Positions 22,690 to 33,970 are shown, counted from the first letter of the stretch. The stretch: 64,000 bases of DNA from an uncultured Holophagales bacterium (GCA_963842525.1 CAWJGT010000001.1:736001-800000); one strand, 5' to 3'. The notes: generated from the sequence alone by a model not told the origin. Made by a program: numbers and translations.

Positions 22690-25665
22690 CTAGCGCACAC
22701 CGGCCAGAGAAGCTTTCCAAGCGCTCAGTGCATCAACGTCCTCAGGCAGCGGAGCGTCCAGGAATTCGAAGTGGCGGCCGTCGAGGAACGAGGCATAGAG
22801 CATCCGCGGGTCGAGGCGGCCCGATTCGTCGCGCAGGTTCGAGCGGTTGCGCAGGACGGTGATCCGCGGCGGGAACAACTCCGTTGCGGCCAGGTCGGGG
22901 ATGCCTTCGCCGGTGAAGTCCGCCGCGACGAGCCCTCGGGGGCCGGCTCCGAGCGCGGCGGTGGCGTCGCGGGTGAGCCCTCCGTTGCCGTCGTTGCGGT
23001 AGATCTCGACCCGGTAGGGGGCATTCGAGTTGGTGACGGCCAGGTCGAGGTCCCGGTCGCCATCGAGATCAGCCAGGGCCAGATCGGCGGGGAAGTTCCC
23101 GGCCTGCAAGACCCGCGGGCTGCCGAGCTGCCCCAGTCCATTGTTGAGGACGACTGCGATCGAGTCTCCGTTGCCGCTGCTGACGATCACGTCGGGCGCT
23201 CCGTTGCGGTCCAGGTCGCCGACGGCAAGGGAGGTCAGGATCTGTCCGCCCAGGCCCGCCGGGACCGTGATGGCTGGAAGGAAGCCCAGGCCGTTGCCGC
23301 GCAGCACCGAAATGTTGCTGGACAGGGCATTCGCGACCACGAGGTCCGGCTTGCCGTCCAGGTTCACGTCGGCGATTGCGACATCGATCGGGTTTGAGCC
23401 GGCGGTATGCGCCCTTATGCTGAAGCCTCCTCTGCCGTTGTTGCTCAGGACGGCGACATTGTTCGAACGGTGGGTTGAGGTTGGCCGCCGCCAGATCGAT
23501 ATCGCCGTCGCCGTCGAGATCGCCGGCGGCGAGGGCCACCGGACCGCCCAGGCCGGTGAGATGGCTGGCGGCGACATCGAAGGCTCCCGTGCCGCGGTTG
23601 CGCAGGATCGCCACGGAACCGCTGGTGCTCCGGCAGACGGCCAGATCGACGTCGCCGTCGCCGTCGAAATCCCCGGCCGCCAGGCACGCGGGCCGGCCCG
23701 TTACGCCGGGACCGGAGCCCTGTGGAAAGACGCCGTCACCGCGATTGGTGAAGATCCGCACCGAGTCGGAATTGTTCAAGGCCGCGGCCAGGTCGACGTC
23801 GCCGTCGCCGTCGAAATCGGCTGCCTCCAGGGCGACCGGCGGGCTGCCGGTCAGCACGGTTGCCGGGGACAGGTCCAGGGTGACCGGGCCGCCGGTCAAG
23901 GGATCGTCGGCGGCGACGCTGAACAGCAGCGCAAGCCCCTCGCGGCCGGCCTTCGGGTCCGGCAGGCGGACGAATTCGAAGGCATCCACGTCCGTACCGG
24001 GCTGCAGGCCGAGATGTGCCGCCGGCTCGATGAGCTTCTGCAGGCCGCCCTGGGGAGGCGAGAGGTAGATGGCGCCCGGGTCGAGCCGCTGTCCCGTCGC
24101 CGGCTCGCGGAAGGCCGCCTCGTGATCCGCTGAGAAATACCAATGGTTGCAGGTCCCTGTAGCAGGCAGCACGTCCAGGGAGTCGGCATCGTCATCGCGG
24201 CTTTCACCGCTGTCCGGGTTGGGCCCCAGGCTCACGTGCAGCCCCGCTTCGTCGGTCACCGGATAGATCAGGTACAGCGGCGCCGGCGTGAACGACCCCA
24301 GGTTGAGGCCGACGACCTCGTCGTCGCCGGGGCTCGTCCCGAAGCGTGTGCCGAGCAGGGGGGACAGGCCGGAAGCCGGCACGCTGCCCGGCGGGCCGGC
24401 GTAGTGCCCGGCGGGATCGTCGTCGAACGAGACCAGCAGGAAATTGGGCCGATGGAGGCATGGAACCCCGCTGGCCGGGAGCGAAGGCAGGCCCGGGCCG
24501 AAAGTGCCGGGCTGGAGCGGCACGCCGAGGTTGTCGTGGCCGTCGAGGTCGAAGAACGCAGGGGTCACGGCATCGCCTTGCCCGCGGCCGACCGGCGCCG
24601 CCGAGAGTTTCCGGTGCCATCGGGAGCCCGCGGAGAGGGATCCACACCGAAAGCCCGTTGGTCATCCTTGATCCCATCGGCGCCGCCGAACGGCAGGGGC
24701 GGCCCGATCCACCGGTAGACGTCGCCCGGATCAAAGCGCTCGTTGCCGTTGCGGGCCGGATCGCTGATCTCGGAGTCCGAGCCGGTATCGAGCGAGAATT
24801 CCAGGAAGCCATCGGTCAGAGCCCCGACAGGGAAGGGATCCGGAAGCGCCTCCACCCTGAAGCGGATCCGGCCGCTGAAGCCGGCAGACGAGTGATCCTG
24901 GTTTTTACAACCCGGGCAGCGGTAGTCATAGCCCGGGGAATCGATCGTCGCGCCGGCCTCGGAGCCGACATCGAGGGTGATCACGTCGATCCCGGCGCGG
25001 ACCACCACCAGGCCGATCTGGTTGACGAGGCGGTTCCAGCCGCTCAGGCCCGGCGGGTCGGCGATCTCGAATCGGCCCGTGAGCTTCTCGGCCCCGTTGA
25101 TGGAGAGCCGGCTCTTCCGGGCCAGTACAGGGTCCTCGAGGACGTCCTCGTGCTCCGTGGAAGCTCCGGCAAACTGTTCCCAGAAGTAGAAGACGCGCAC
25201 CCTTGTACCTCGTGGTACGCCTCCGACCAGCAACCTCAAGCGGGAGCTCAGATTCGAGTAGGCTGCCGTTTCTTTAAAGCCTGCCTCATCGTCACAGAAT
25301 GTGCTCGCCTGATTCTCCCAGTCGATTTGCACCTGCCGGGTATTGACGCCATCGACGAACATGGCGCCGTTGAAGCTCCCCGAGCAGAATGCCGGAGGCA
25401 AGCCCGCGCGGTTCCGTCTCTCATGGAGCGCTCCGGCGGCGCAGGTCGCGGCCAGGTCCCTGCCGTATAACGCGGCGAGGAAAGGACTGAAGGCCAACGA
25501 CCTGCACGTCTCTTCGACGGGGCCTCCGCCCGGGGTGTTCGCCCATGCTTCCGCCTCGGCATCATAAGTGAGGCTCGAGCCCACGACTACCAGCACCTGA
25601 GCCTCGAGGGCCGGCGCGGCGGCGAGCGCACATAAAACTGCGAGGGTCGGCAGTGCTTTTTGCAT
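22690..25665 (-). CDS. Secreted FG-GAP/VCBS repeat protein, split by frameshifts (~24600, ~23470)
   Basis: Signal peptide MQKALPTLAVLCALAAAPALEA; repeated DFDGDGDVDLA motifs across ORFs 23069..24568 and 22690..23577. Confidence 0.7.
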
Positions 25666-26128
25666 GAATCCCTCCCCAATGCACCTTTTTTTATAAAGGT
25701 ATGCGCCGGAGAGGGGTTGTTTCTGCGCCCTCCGCGGCTGTTTCAACACAGTTGCGACTTAGGTTTCGGACTGGCACGGCTTCGACTGGGCGAGCGCGCG
25801 ACCATCAGCTTCCCCCTTCCCTGTTTTGCGGATCGCTTACCTAGGAGTGAAGAAACTGAGGAAAACATTTCGCAGAAGCGGCCCCGGGGGCCGCGAGCAT
25901 CTCCGTGATCTGCAACTCAGCTCACGTCAGACCTCCCTTCATGCCGCACTGTCAGCCACTTCGTCAGGGTTGGGGCGGGCTCGCTCCGGGGGCCACCCCG
26001 AGCTTGTTGGATGTCGTCAGCCCAGACTGCGCTAGAGAGCGGCCACCACGACCGGCTGGCCCCACTCCGGCGTTTGCGACACTTTCAGGTGCAGCACGAG
26101 CCGCGAGGCGGGCAGCCCGCCGCGAGTA

Positions 26129-26364
26129 GCTCGCGCTGTGCCGCCGGTCCGGATTAGTAGTGGTAGCGGAGCTGAGCAAGGAGAACGGAGTCGTCTTGGA
26201 TTTTGTAGACAATCCTATGCATCGTCGTTGATGCGGCGCGACCAGTAGCCCTGAAAGGCGTGCTTCAGAGGCTCTGGCTTTCCAATACCGCTGAACGGGT
26301 CGCGCTGGATCTCGCGAATGAGGTGATTGATCCTGGCAACCAACCTGCGGTCGGTCTCCTGCCA
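26129..26364 (-). pseudogene. yoeB: 5'-truncated diverged duplicate of yoeB with its downstream flank
   Basis: Colinear nucleotide match to ~27934-28168 with scattered substitutions and a 1-bp insertion. Confidence 0.85.
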
Positions 26365-26494
26365 GCGCGTTCAGTCTGTCAAGGAGTGTGGGCGTCTCAT
26401 CCTATGCGGGAGAGGAGGGGGACGCGGGCGGAGCGATCGAGGGCATGCTATTCTGTCTTACCGAAGGCTTACGCCGGAAGGAGCGGAGTCAACC

Positions 26495-26782
26495 ATGAGC
26501 GAAGGAGAGGGCAGACAGTTCTCGGATCGGACGTATTCGGTCCGGCTCTCGACCAAGGGCAAGCTCGTGGTTCCCAAAGAGGTCCGGCTGCGCCACGGGT
26601 GGAGCGAGGGGGTCGAGCTCGTCCTGGAAGATGAAGGGGATAGGGTCTTGGTGCGTTCGGCCCGGCGGCTTCCAGAGACCACCCTGGAAGACCTCGTCGG
26701 TTGCGCTGGCTATCGAGGGCCCGCAAAGACCCTGGAGGAGATGGAGGCCGCGATCGCACGGGGAGCCCGGGAACGCCGGTGA
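26495..26782 (+). CDS. AbrB/MazE/SpoVT-family antitoxin
   Basis: VRLSTKGKLVVPKEVR..GVELVL; overlaps start of a PIN gene. Confidence 0.85.
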   Translation: MSEGEGRQFSDRTYSVRLSTKGKLVVPKEVRLRHGWSEGVELVLEDEGDRVLVRSARRLPETTLEDLVGCAGYRGPAKTLEEMEAAIARGARERR

Positions 26783-26940
26783 TCGCGCTCGACGCCAACA
26801 ACCTGGTCCGGGTGTTCACGGCGGATGATCCGGATCAGCTCGCCGTCGCGCTGGAGACGATGAGAACCCAAAACCTCTGGGTCTGCAAGACCGTTCTCCT
26901 CGAGACCGAGTGGGTCCTCCGCTACAGTTATGAGCGGCGG
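26779..26940 (+). pseudogene. vapC: VapC/PIN toxin, 3'-truncated
   Basis: IALDANNLVR..VLLETEWVLRYSY, then similarity ends at a 12-bp tandem duplication GGGAGAAGTGCC. Confidence 0.75.
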
Positions 26941-27068
26941 GAGAAGTGCCGGGAGAAGTGCCAGCCGAACATCCAGGGCTCTCCAGTGTCGCAATTCGGC
27001 GCTGGGCTCGGCAACATCACTCCAGATCCTGATACCGTGCATCCGGCAGGCGGACGTGCCCCGCTCTG

Positions 27069-27482
27069 TCAATCGACGGTGGCGAACCCCTGGGCTTGAA
27101 GAAAGGCTTCGAGGGCGGCGACGAAGCGCTCTGCGGAGGCCACCGCCCGCTCCGCATCCTCGGCGCTGATGGCCGGGAAGATCGAATAGTCGCCGTTCTC
27201 CCGCTCATCTTTGAGCTCACGGAGGATCGACGCCAGCTCTTCGGGAAGCCGCCCGGTTTTGACGAACCTGAGGCCGAAGAGGCTCTTGAGCCCTTCGTGG
27301 CTGCGCGGCTCGTCACCTTCGACGAGAAGCACTGCTTCGGCAGCATGGAAGACGGCGTAGTACGCGGGCGAGACAGCATCGGCCGGATATCCTGCGGCGA
27401 GCACATGCTTCGCTACTGCCAGCTTGTCCCGCGCCCTGGCGAAGGCTGCCTTTAGGCGCTCTGCGATCTCGTCGGTGGCCAT
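27069..27482 (-). CDS. HEPN domain protein
   Basis: AYYAVFHAAEA, PRSH, RENGDY. Confidence 0.85.
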   Translation of the reverse strand: MATDEIAERLKAAFARARDKLAVAKHVLAAGYPADAVSPAYYAVFHAAEAVLLVEGDEPRSHEGLKSLFGLRFVKTGRLPEELASILRELKDERENGDYSIFPAISAEDAERAVASAERFVAALEAFLQAQGFATVD

Positions 27483-27804
27483 AGCACCCTCTCGTCGCGC
27501 ACGTAGTTGCGCCAGAACGGCAGGGAGGATCGCCGGAGCCGCTCGAAACGCTCCCGATCCACGATCTTTGTCGAAAGGTCGACGTTGTGTTCGAGCTCGA
27601 GCGTGGTCGCCAGCCGATGGATCGCGTCTCGCGCCTCACCCGAGGCGCTGCGCAGCACCACCATGAGGTCGTAGTCCGATCGCCAGCGCGCCTCGCCGCG
27701 GGCCCGGCTCCCGAAAAGCGCCACCTGCACGGGCTCGTCCCCAGCCGCTCAGCCAGCGCCTCGGCGAGCTCACGGGCAACATCGAAGGCTATCGCAGTAC
27801 GCAT
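27452..27804 (-). CDS. Minimal nucleotidyltransferase (MNT), frameshift near 27735
   Basis: LFGSRARG..SDYDL; paired with the HEPN gene. Confidence 0.8.
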
Positions 27805-27851
27805 CACGGGCACTAGTCTACCGGACCCCCCAGAGGTGTGCCAACCGTTCC

Positions 27852-27917
27852 CCAGCCGGCGCCCTTCTTGCCGGACAAGACCGAGCACACCTACGGCTGG
27901 TGCCGGGGCCGGGATGA
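27852..27917 (+). repeat. Diverged copy of the 3' end of the penicillin acylase gene
   Basis: CCCTTCTTGCCGGACAAGACCGAGCACAC-CTACGGCTGGTGCC vs 21191-21234 CCCTTCCTGCCCGGGAAGACCGAGCACACCCTGCGGCTGGTGCC. Confidence 0.8.
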
Positions 27918-27958
27918 GCTTGCTTCGCCGACGGCTCGCGCTGTGCCACCGGTCCGGA

Positions 27959-28213
27959 TTAGTAGTGATAACGGAGTTGAGCAATGAGAACTGCGTCGTC
28001 TTGGATTTTGTAGACAATCCTGTGCTCGTCGTTGATGCGGCGCGACCAGTAGCCCTGAAAGGCGTGTTTCAGAGGCTCTGGCTTTCCGATACCGCTGAAC
28101 GGGTCGCGCTGGATCTCTCGAATGAGATGATTGATTCTGGCAACCAACCTGCGGTCGGTCTCCTGCCAATACAAGTAGTCCTCCCAAGCCCGCTCCGAGA
28201 AAATGAGCTTCAC
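27959..28213 (-). CDS. yoeB: Txe/YoeB toxin
   Basis: [34 protein letters not shown]. Confidence 0.95.
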   Translation of the reverse strand: MKLIFSERAWEDYLYWQETDRRLVARINHLIREIQRDPFSGIGKPEPLKHAFQGYWSRRINDEHRIVYKIQDDAVLIAQLRYHY

Positions 28214-28461
28214 TCGGCGAGGTCTCGTTCGGTGCCGCCACCACGTTCAAGCTCGGCGATCGCTTCAATCAAACGCCTTGCGTTCTTCGGGCTGCGCAGG
28301 AGATAAGCGGTCTCTTCGAGAGACTTGTAATCCTCAAGCGAGAGCATCACCACAGAGTTTTCGCCACTCCGCGTGATGATGACAGGTTCATGACTCTCGC
28401 AAACATGGTCCATGGTTTTCGCCAACTCGGCACGGGCTTTGGTGTAAGAGATCGAGTCCAT
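28210..28461 (-). CDS. yefM: Phd/YefM antitoxin
   Basis: [31 protein letters not shown]; 4-bp overlap with yoeB. Confidence 0.95.
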   Translation of the reverse strand: MDSISYTKARAELAKTMDHVCESHEPVIITRSGENSVVMLSLEDYKSLEETAYLLRSPKNARRLIEAIAELERGGGTERDLAE

Positions 28462-28476
28462 TGTGAGCTCCTCAAG

Positions 28477-28494
28477 CGTACAGGAAACTGTACA
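28477..28494. promoter_or_regulatory. Probable YefM-YoeB operator
   Basis: CGTACA and TGTACA hexamers 12 bp apart just upstream of yefM, resembling the E. coli yefM-yoeB operator. Confidence 0.6.
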
Positions 28495-28568
28495 GGGGCG
28501 CGCTCAGCGTGTCAAGAAGCAGCGGCGGCGGCTTGGCTAGTTGCTGCTCGCTACTGGATAATAGAGGG

Positions 28569-29003
28569 ATGGGCAGGTCTCACCAAGCGGTTCTTGACAC
28601 CCTCCGGGGGCAGCTTGAGCAGCGGCCGGAGATTCTCGAGGCCTACTGCTTCGGCTCGACGGCGCGGGGCGAGGCGGCGGCTCATAGCGATCTCGACATC
28701 GCCGTCTACGTCGACCAAGCGCGCCTGCCGCCGGCTCCTTTCGGGTATGCCGCCGAGCTCATGGCCGGCTTGATGGCGGGGCTTGGCCTCGATGAAGCCG
28801 ATGTCGTCGTCCTCAACGACGCTCCACCGTTGCTCTATCATCGGGTGCTGCGCGACGGCGAGCGGCTGCTGAGCCGCGATCTCGCCGCGACCACGACGCG
28901 CGAGGGTCGCGCCCTCTCGCGCTATTGCGATTACCTGCCGCAGCTACGCAAAATCGACCGTGAGCTTGCAAGGCGCCTGGCCGACGGCAGCTTCGGACGA
29001 TGA
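28569..29003 (+). CDS. MntA-like nucleotidyltransferase antitoxin
   Basis: FGSTARG..SDLDIAV, DVVVLNDAPPLL. Confidence 0.85.
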   Translation: MGRSHQAVLDTLRGQLEQRPEILEAYCFGSTARGEAAAHSDLDIAVYVDQARLPPAPFGYAAELMAGLMAGLGLDEADVVVLNDAPPLLYHRVLRDGERLLSRDLAATTTREGRALSRYCDYLPQLRKIDRELARRLADGSFGR

Positions 29004-29427
29004 CTCCCGGACGGCTCGATGCGGCTATCGTCCGGCGCCATCTGTTGGCGCTCGACGAAGCACTGCAGGTTCTCCGCAGCCACCAAGGGCGCAGTGTGGA
29101 CGATTTGGTCTCCGATCCGGAGGAGCGCTGGATTGTGGAGCGGGGGCTCCAGATTTCGCCCAGAATGCCCTTGACGTGGCGACCCACATCGCGGCCAGCA
29201 CCGGCCGCGACGTTCCGGACTACGCCACCGCTATCGATCGCCTTGCCGAGATGGGTGTCCTGCCGCGCGAATTCGCCACCCGCTTTCGCGGTGTCGCGGG
29301 CTTCCGCAACGTCGTCGTTCATGGTTACCTGGATATCGACGTCGCCCTTCTGCACCGCCTGCTCAACGACCATCTCGAGGACTTCACGACGTTTGCGCGG
29401 CAAGTCGGATCGTATCTCACCCCATGA
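29000..29427 (+). CDS. HepT-like (DUF86) HEPN RNase, frameshift near 29155
   Basis: VERGLQI in one frame, GFRNVVVHGY (RxxxxH-Y) in the next. Confidence 0.85.
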
Positions 29428-30812
29428 ACCCGAGATCCGGCGATCGCAAACCGCCCGAGGTTGGGCAGCACGAGCGGCAGGTCGCTGTCCGCCACCCCGA
29501 ACCAGCGGGCGAGGGTCGCCGAGTACTCGTCCACCGAGGTCGTCGGGATCCAGCGCCCTTCGCCGGCGTCGTTCGGCCCGTTGATGGCAAGGGTGGGGAT
29601 CTGGCCGTAGAAACGGCCGCCGCGCACCGCTCCGCCGAGCACGAAGTGGTGGCTTCCCCAGCCGTGATCGGAGCCGTTGCCATTCGAAATGTATGTACGC
29701 CCGAAATCTGATGCGGTGAAGGCGGTCACCGAGTCGGCGATGCCCAGCTCGGTCATTGCGGCGTCGAAGGCGGTGAGGGCGCCGTCGAGCTCGACGAGCA
29801 GGTCGGCGTGCGCGCCGTCGAGCGCGGTCGCCCCTACCTGGCCGCCGTGCGTGTCGTAGCCCTGGGCGGCGCAGAAGAAGATCTGTCGGCGCAGCCCCAA
29901 CGACTCGCGCACCGAGACGAGTTGGGCGATCATCCGGAGCTGCAGCCCGAGGTCGGTCTGCGGGAACTGGGTGGTGAACGGCGGCGCCCCGGCCAGCGCG
30001 CCGGAGAGCAGCTCCTGGTTGTCGAGCGCACGCTGGAAGATGCCGCTGTAGCCGCGCTCGAAAAGGTTTCCATAGCTGTGCCCGAGCAGGCCGCGGACGG
30101 CGTTGGAGGAAGCGTCGGCGCCCTGGTCGGCGGGGACGTAGGAGCTCAGGCCCACCGGCCCCTCCGGCGACACCTGGTACTGGGTCACGGTGTTGCCCAC
30201 CTGGAAGGTGTTGGTGCCCGCCACCGAGATCGACATCGAGACGCGCGCGTTCTCGTTGAGCGCGTGCAGCAGGTCCGCGGCGCGCCCGCCCCAGCCGGTG
30301 CGCGACGGCTGGTCAGGCAGCGAGGTCTGCCAGTGCACGGTCTGGTCGCTGTGCGAGAAGAGCTGCGGCGGCACCGCCGCGCTGCGGCTCAGGAACTCCT
30401 CGCGGGTGAGCGGCGCCACCAGCGGCCCGACGTTGGCGACCAGCGCGGCCTTCCCTTGATTGAACAGGCCCCGCACTCCGGTGAGGCTCGGGTGGAAGCC
30501 CCACTCGCGCGCATCGCCGGGCGGGGTCGCAAGCGGCGTGAGCGGCAGCAGCGCGCTCTGCGGCAGCGCCAGGGCGGCGCGCGCCGCAGCGTACTGCGCA
30601 TAGTCGGAGGCAAGCGTCGGAACCAGGACGTTGTTGCCGTCGTTGCCGCCGTAGAGGAAGACGCAGACGAGGGTCTTGGAGTCGACGAGCGGCGCCGCGG
30701 CGGCGATGCGCCGCAGATCGAAAAGGGTGTTGGCCGCAGCGGTCATCCCCACCGCGGCACAGGCGGACTGGCGCAGGAACTGGCGGCGCGTCAAGCGGCG
30801 GTTCTCGGTCAT
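29417..30812 (-). CDS. DUF1501 domain protein with Tat signal (frameshift near 3' end)
   Basis: TRRQFL, VFLYGGNDG, LFSHSDQ, GYDTH, SDFGRT, GSDHGWG; PDLGFM tail in another frame. Confidence 0.85.
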
Positions 30813-30822
30813 CTTCCACCTC

Positions 30823-33169
30823 CTATTTCTGCACCACGGACTCGGGAGCCAGGCTCGCAAGCCACAAGAGGGTGAGCACGCGTTGATCGGACTGGCGCGG
30901 GAAATCGGCGTCGGCCAGGGCGCCGCGCAGGATGCCGCGCGTCGCGTCGGACATCGAGCCGGCGAAGAGCAGCAGGTCGATGCGGTCGAGCAGGGCCTCG
31001 TCGGTCGGCGCCCGCGGCGGCAGGAACGGCAACAGATCGACGGTGAAAGGTCCGTTCCGCCCTGCCGCGCCGAGCACCGCGAGTTGGAAGTTGGCGGCGC
31101 CGACGATCGTCGTCTCGGTCGTGATCTGGAATTCCGGAGAGACCAGCCCGGCCTGCGCGATCTCCCCCGGCAGCGCGAAGCTGGGCTCGAAGAAGTTGAA
31201 CACCGTCGGCGCGCGCAGCGGAACCTGTCCCAGGCCGAGGCCCTGCCGGTCGAAGCGCCACCGTCCGTTGCGCGGCTCGGCGTCGAGGATACGCAGCAGC
31301 CCGACGAGCCGCACGACAGGCTCGCGCAGGTGCCCCTCGTCCGGCCGCGCCGCGACCACCGCCGCCCGCGCCTCGTAGTCGAGCAGGATGGCGCGCAGGA
31401 CCGCCTGGAGGTCGCCCCGTTCTCCGGCCCCGTTGTCGGCGAACGCCTGCCCGCAGCGGTAGACGTATGCCGGGCTGGGATTGCTGGTCACCAGCCGCTG
31501 GATCAGGAAGCGGCAGAAGAAGGGCCCGACGTTGTCGTGGTTGACGATGACGTCGAGCGCCTGCTCGAGGTCCGCCCGCGCGCTCTGCCCCGCCGGCAGG
31601 ACGGCGCCGTCGAGCAGCCGCTTCTCGTCGGTGGCGTGATACACCGCCCAGGATTCCATCGGGATTCGATAATTACGCTGCGGACGGAAGAAGCGCTGCG
31701 GCTGGCGCTGGTCCTGGCCGCCGAACGTCCAGCCGGTGAAGGCGCGGGCGAAGGCCTCCACCACGTCCTGGTCGTAGGTCGGGATCGGCTGGTTGTCGGC
31801 ATCCAGGTGCAGCGTGCCGTCGGGGTGGAGCTCGTAAAGGCCGATCGAGAAGAGCTGCAGGATCTCGCGAGCATAGTTCTCGTTGGGGTTGCGCCCGAGC
31901 TCGGGGAGCGTCTTGCTGCTTCCCGCCATGTCGAGGTAGACCCCCATCGTGGGGCTGAGCGTCGCCGCCTCGAGCAGCTCGCGGAAGCTGCCGAACGCGT
32001 GCCCCGCCAGCAGGTCGAGATACCCCGCCAGGCCGTCCGGACCGTTGCGCACGTCGGCGTCCTGGTCGGAGACGACGAACAGCTCGGAAAGCGCGAAGGC
32101 GACGCGCTGGCGGAGCTGGTCAGGCCCCTGGACGGCCTGGCTGTAGAAAGACTCCCGCACCAGCCCGGGCGTGGGCTCCTCGCGCTGCGCCGCCAGGAGG
32201 TCGTAGGCCGCGAGGTGGGAGGCCGCGGGCAGCGCGAGCTGCTCGTCGAGCCAGCGGTTGAAACCTTTCTGTTGCAGGGCCTCGACCTCGCCGGGCCGCG
32301 GCCCGTAGGTTGCCTGAAGGAGGAAGCGGGCCGCGTCCTCCTGGCTGGGAAGCCCCCCTGGGAGCGCCGGCGGCGGAGGCGGTGGCGTGAAGGTCTGGCT
32401 GCCGTTCGACTGGCGGAAAAACCCCTTGATCTCACCCGCCGGATAGGCTCCGGTATGGAGGTTGAGGTAGCACTCGCCGCCCCGCAGCGCGGCGAGGATC
32501 TCCGCCGTGTCGAAGGTGCCGGCCGACTGGATGCGCCAGACCCGCGATCCGTCGGCCTGCGGCGGCGTCGTGTCGATGTCGAAGAGGATCGTCCCGTCGG
32601 AGGCGTGGATGTGCTGGCTGGTGATCGGGCCGGTAAGAGCTGGAGAAAGAGAAACGCAGCACCGCGGCCTTCTGGTCCTTCGTCAGGGTCAGGGTCGAGG
32701 AGCCGGAGCCTCCGCTCGACGCGCCGCTCTGCGGAGTGAGCGTGGCGAGGAAGAGCGTGCCCCCGGTCTCGGAAGGCGGAGGCGGCGGCGCGCTGAGCTT
32801 GTAGACCCCCCTCGTGATGCCGCTCGTCTTGAGGCCTTTTTTATAGGAAATCGCCTTGAGCGTCGTCTTGGCGGTGAGCTGGACCGGGCCCGTGTAGACC
32901 GGGCTCGTCTTGCGCGACGGGTTGGAGCCGTCGGTCGTGTAGTAGATCTTGGCGCCGGCCGTGGCCGTGGTGATCGTGACCGCGAGCGGCGCCGTGTACG
33001 TCCCCGCCTTGGGAGAGAAGACCGGCGCCGCGGCCGTCCCCTGGGCCGCAGCGGCCACGAGGTCCGGGGGGCCATGGTGAGGGTGGGCGTCCTGCGCCAG
33101 CACCGGCATCGCCAACCAGAGTAGACCCGCTCCTATCGCCCCGATTGCCAGCATCGCGCCGTTTCGCAT
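30823..33169 (-). CDS. DUF1800 domain protein with N-terminal chitobiase/FN3-like and CHRD-like domains, frameshifted
   Basis: IYYTTDGSNP; DQLRQRVAFALSE, PNENYAREILQLFSIGL, LVTSNPSPAY, PTVFNFF; precedes DUF1501. Confidence 0.8.
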
Positions 33170-33450
33170 GGTGCGCCTCCGATCTCGCTGCACCGATCCG
33201 GGTGCCCGCTGGCCGGTGAAACCACTGAAGCGGCGGTTTCCTGCGGCCAGGGCTCTCGGATCACTGCCGAGCGTTTGGTGATCCCGCTCTGCGCGCACAG
33301 CAACCGCGATGCCAGGTGCGAAAGCCGACGGTAAGAGGCGGAAAACAAAGGGCTTGCCGGTGACCCTACGGACGCAAGCCGACTCATCTTCGACGTTTTC
33401 GTCGAGGAGCGGCGACGAGACTGTCGAAAAGAGCGAGTCGTCGGCGCCGC

Positions 33451-33970
33451 CGGGCCCTCACCTCCCCGGCCCTCCTCTCCCAGCCTCACACCCGCCCTTC
33501 CGGGAGAGGAGGGAGATCGGATCATCAAGGGTTGCGTTGTTCGAGTCGTTGATGGATTTTTTCGAGAACGGAGTCGAGGTTTTCCAGGACCTCTTCATTC
33601 GTGAAGCGTAGGACCTTGTAGCCCAGGGCGACCAGATTGACGTCCCGGTTCTCGTCGTGGATCTTCTGCCGACGGTCCTCATGTATCCCACCGTCGAGCT
33701 CCAGCACGAGCATCCGATCGTGGCAAAAGAAGTCCGCAATATATTGTCCGATCGGCACTTGACGGCGGAATTTCAGGCCGAGGAACTGCCGATCGCGCAG
33801 CTTCTCCCAGAGCACTTCTTCGGCCAACGTGGATGCCCGGCGAAGACGCTTGGCGCGGACGAGGGCTCCGGGACCCGAAACAGGCATGACGGGATCATAG
33901 AACTTCTCCCTCCTCTCCCGGAAGGGTGGGTGTGAGGCTGGGAGAGGAGGGCCGGGGAGGTGAGGGCCCG
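33451..33970. repeat. ~66-bp inverted repeats (33451-33516, 33905-33970) bracketing the DUF559 gene
   Basis: CGGGCCCTCACCTCCCCGGCCCTCCTCTCCC..GGGAGAGGAGGGAGA and its reverse complement, one mismatch seen. Confidence 0.85.
33525..33887 (-). CDS. DUF559 / Vsr-like endonuclease
   Basis: AEEVLW..KFRRQVPIGQYIADF..ELDGGIH..VLRFTN. Confidence 0.9.
   Translation of the reverse strand: MPVSGPGALVRAKRLRRASTLAEEVLWEKLRDRQFLGLKFRRQVPIGQYIADFFCHDRMLVLELDGGIHEDRRQKIHDENRDVNLVALGYKVLRFTNEEVLENLDSVLEKIHQRLEQRNP

Noticed and set aside
26074-26145. attC site downstream of the yoeB relic
   Set aside because: A hairpin exists but RYYYAAC/GTTRRRY boxes are not identifiable
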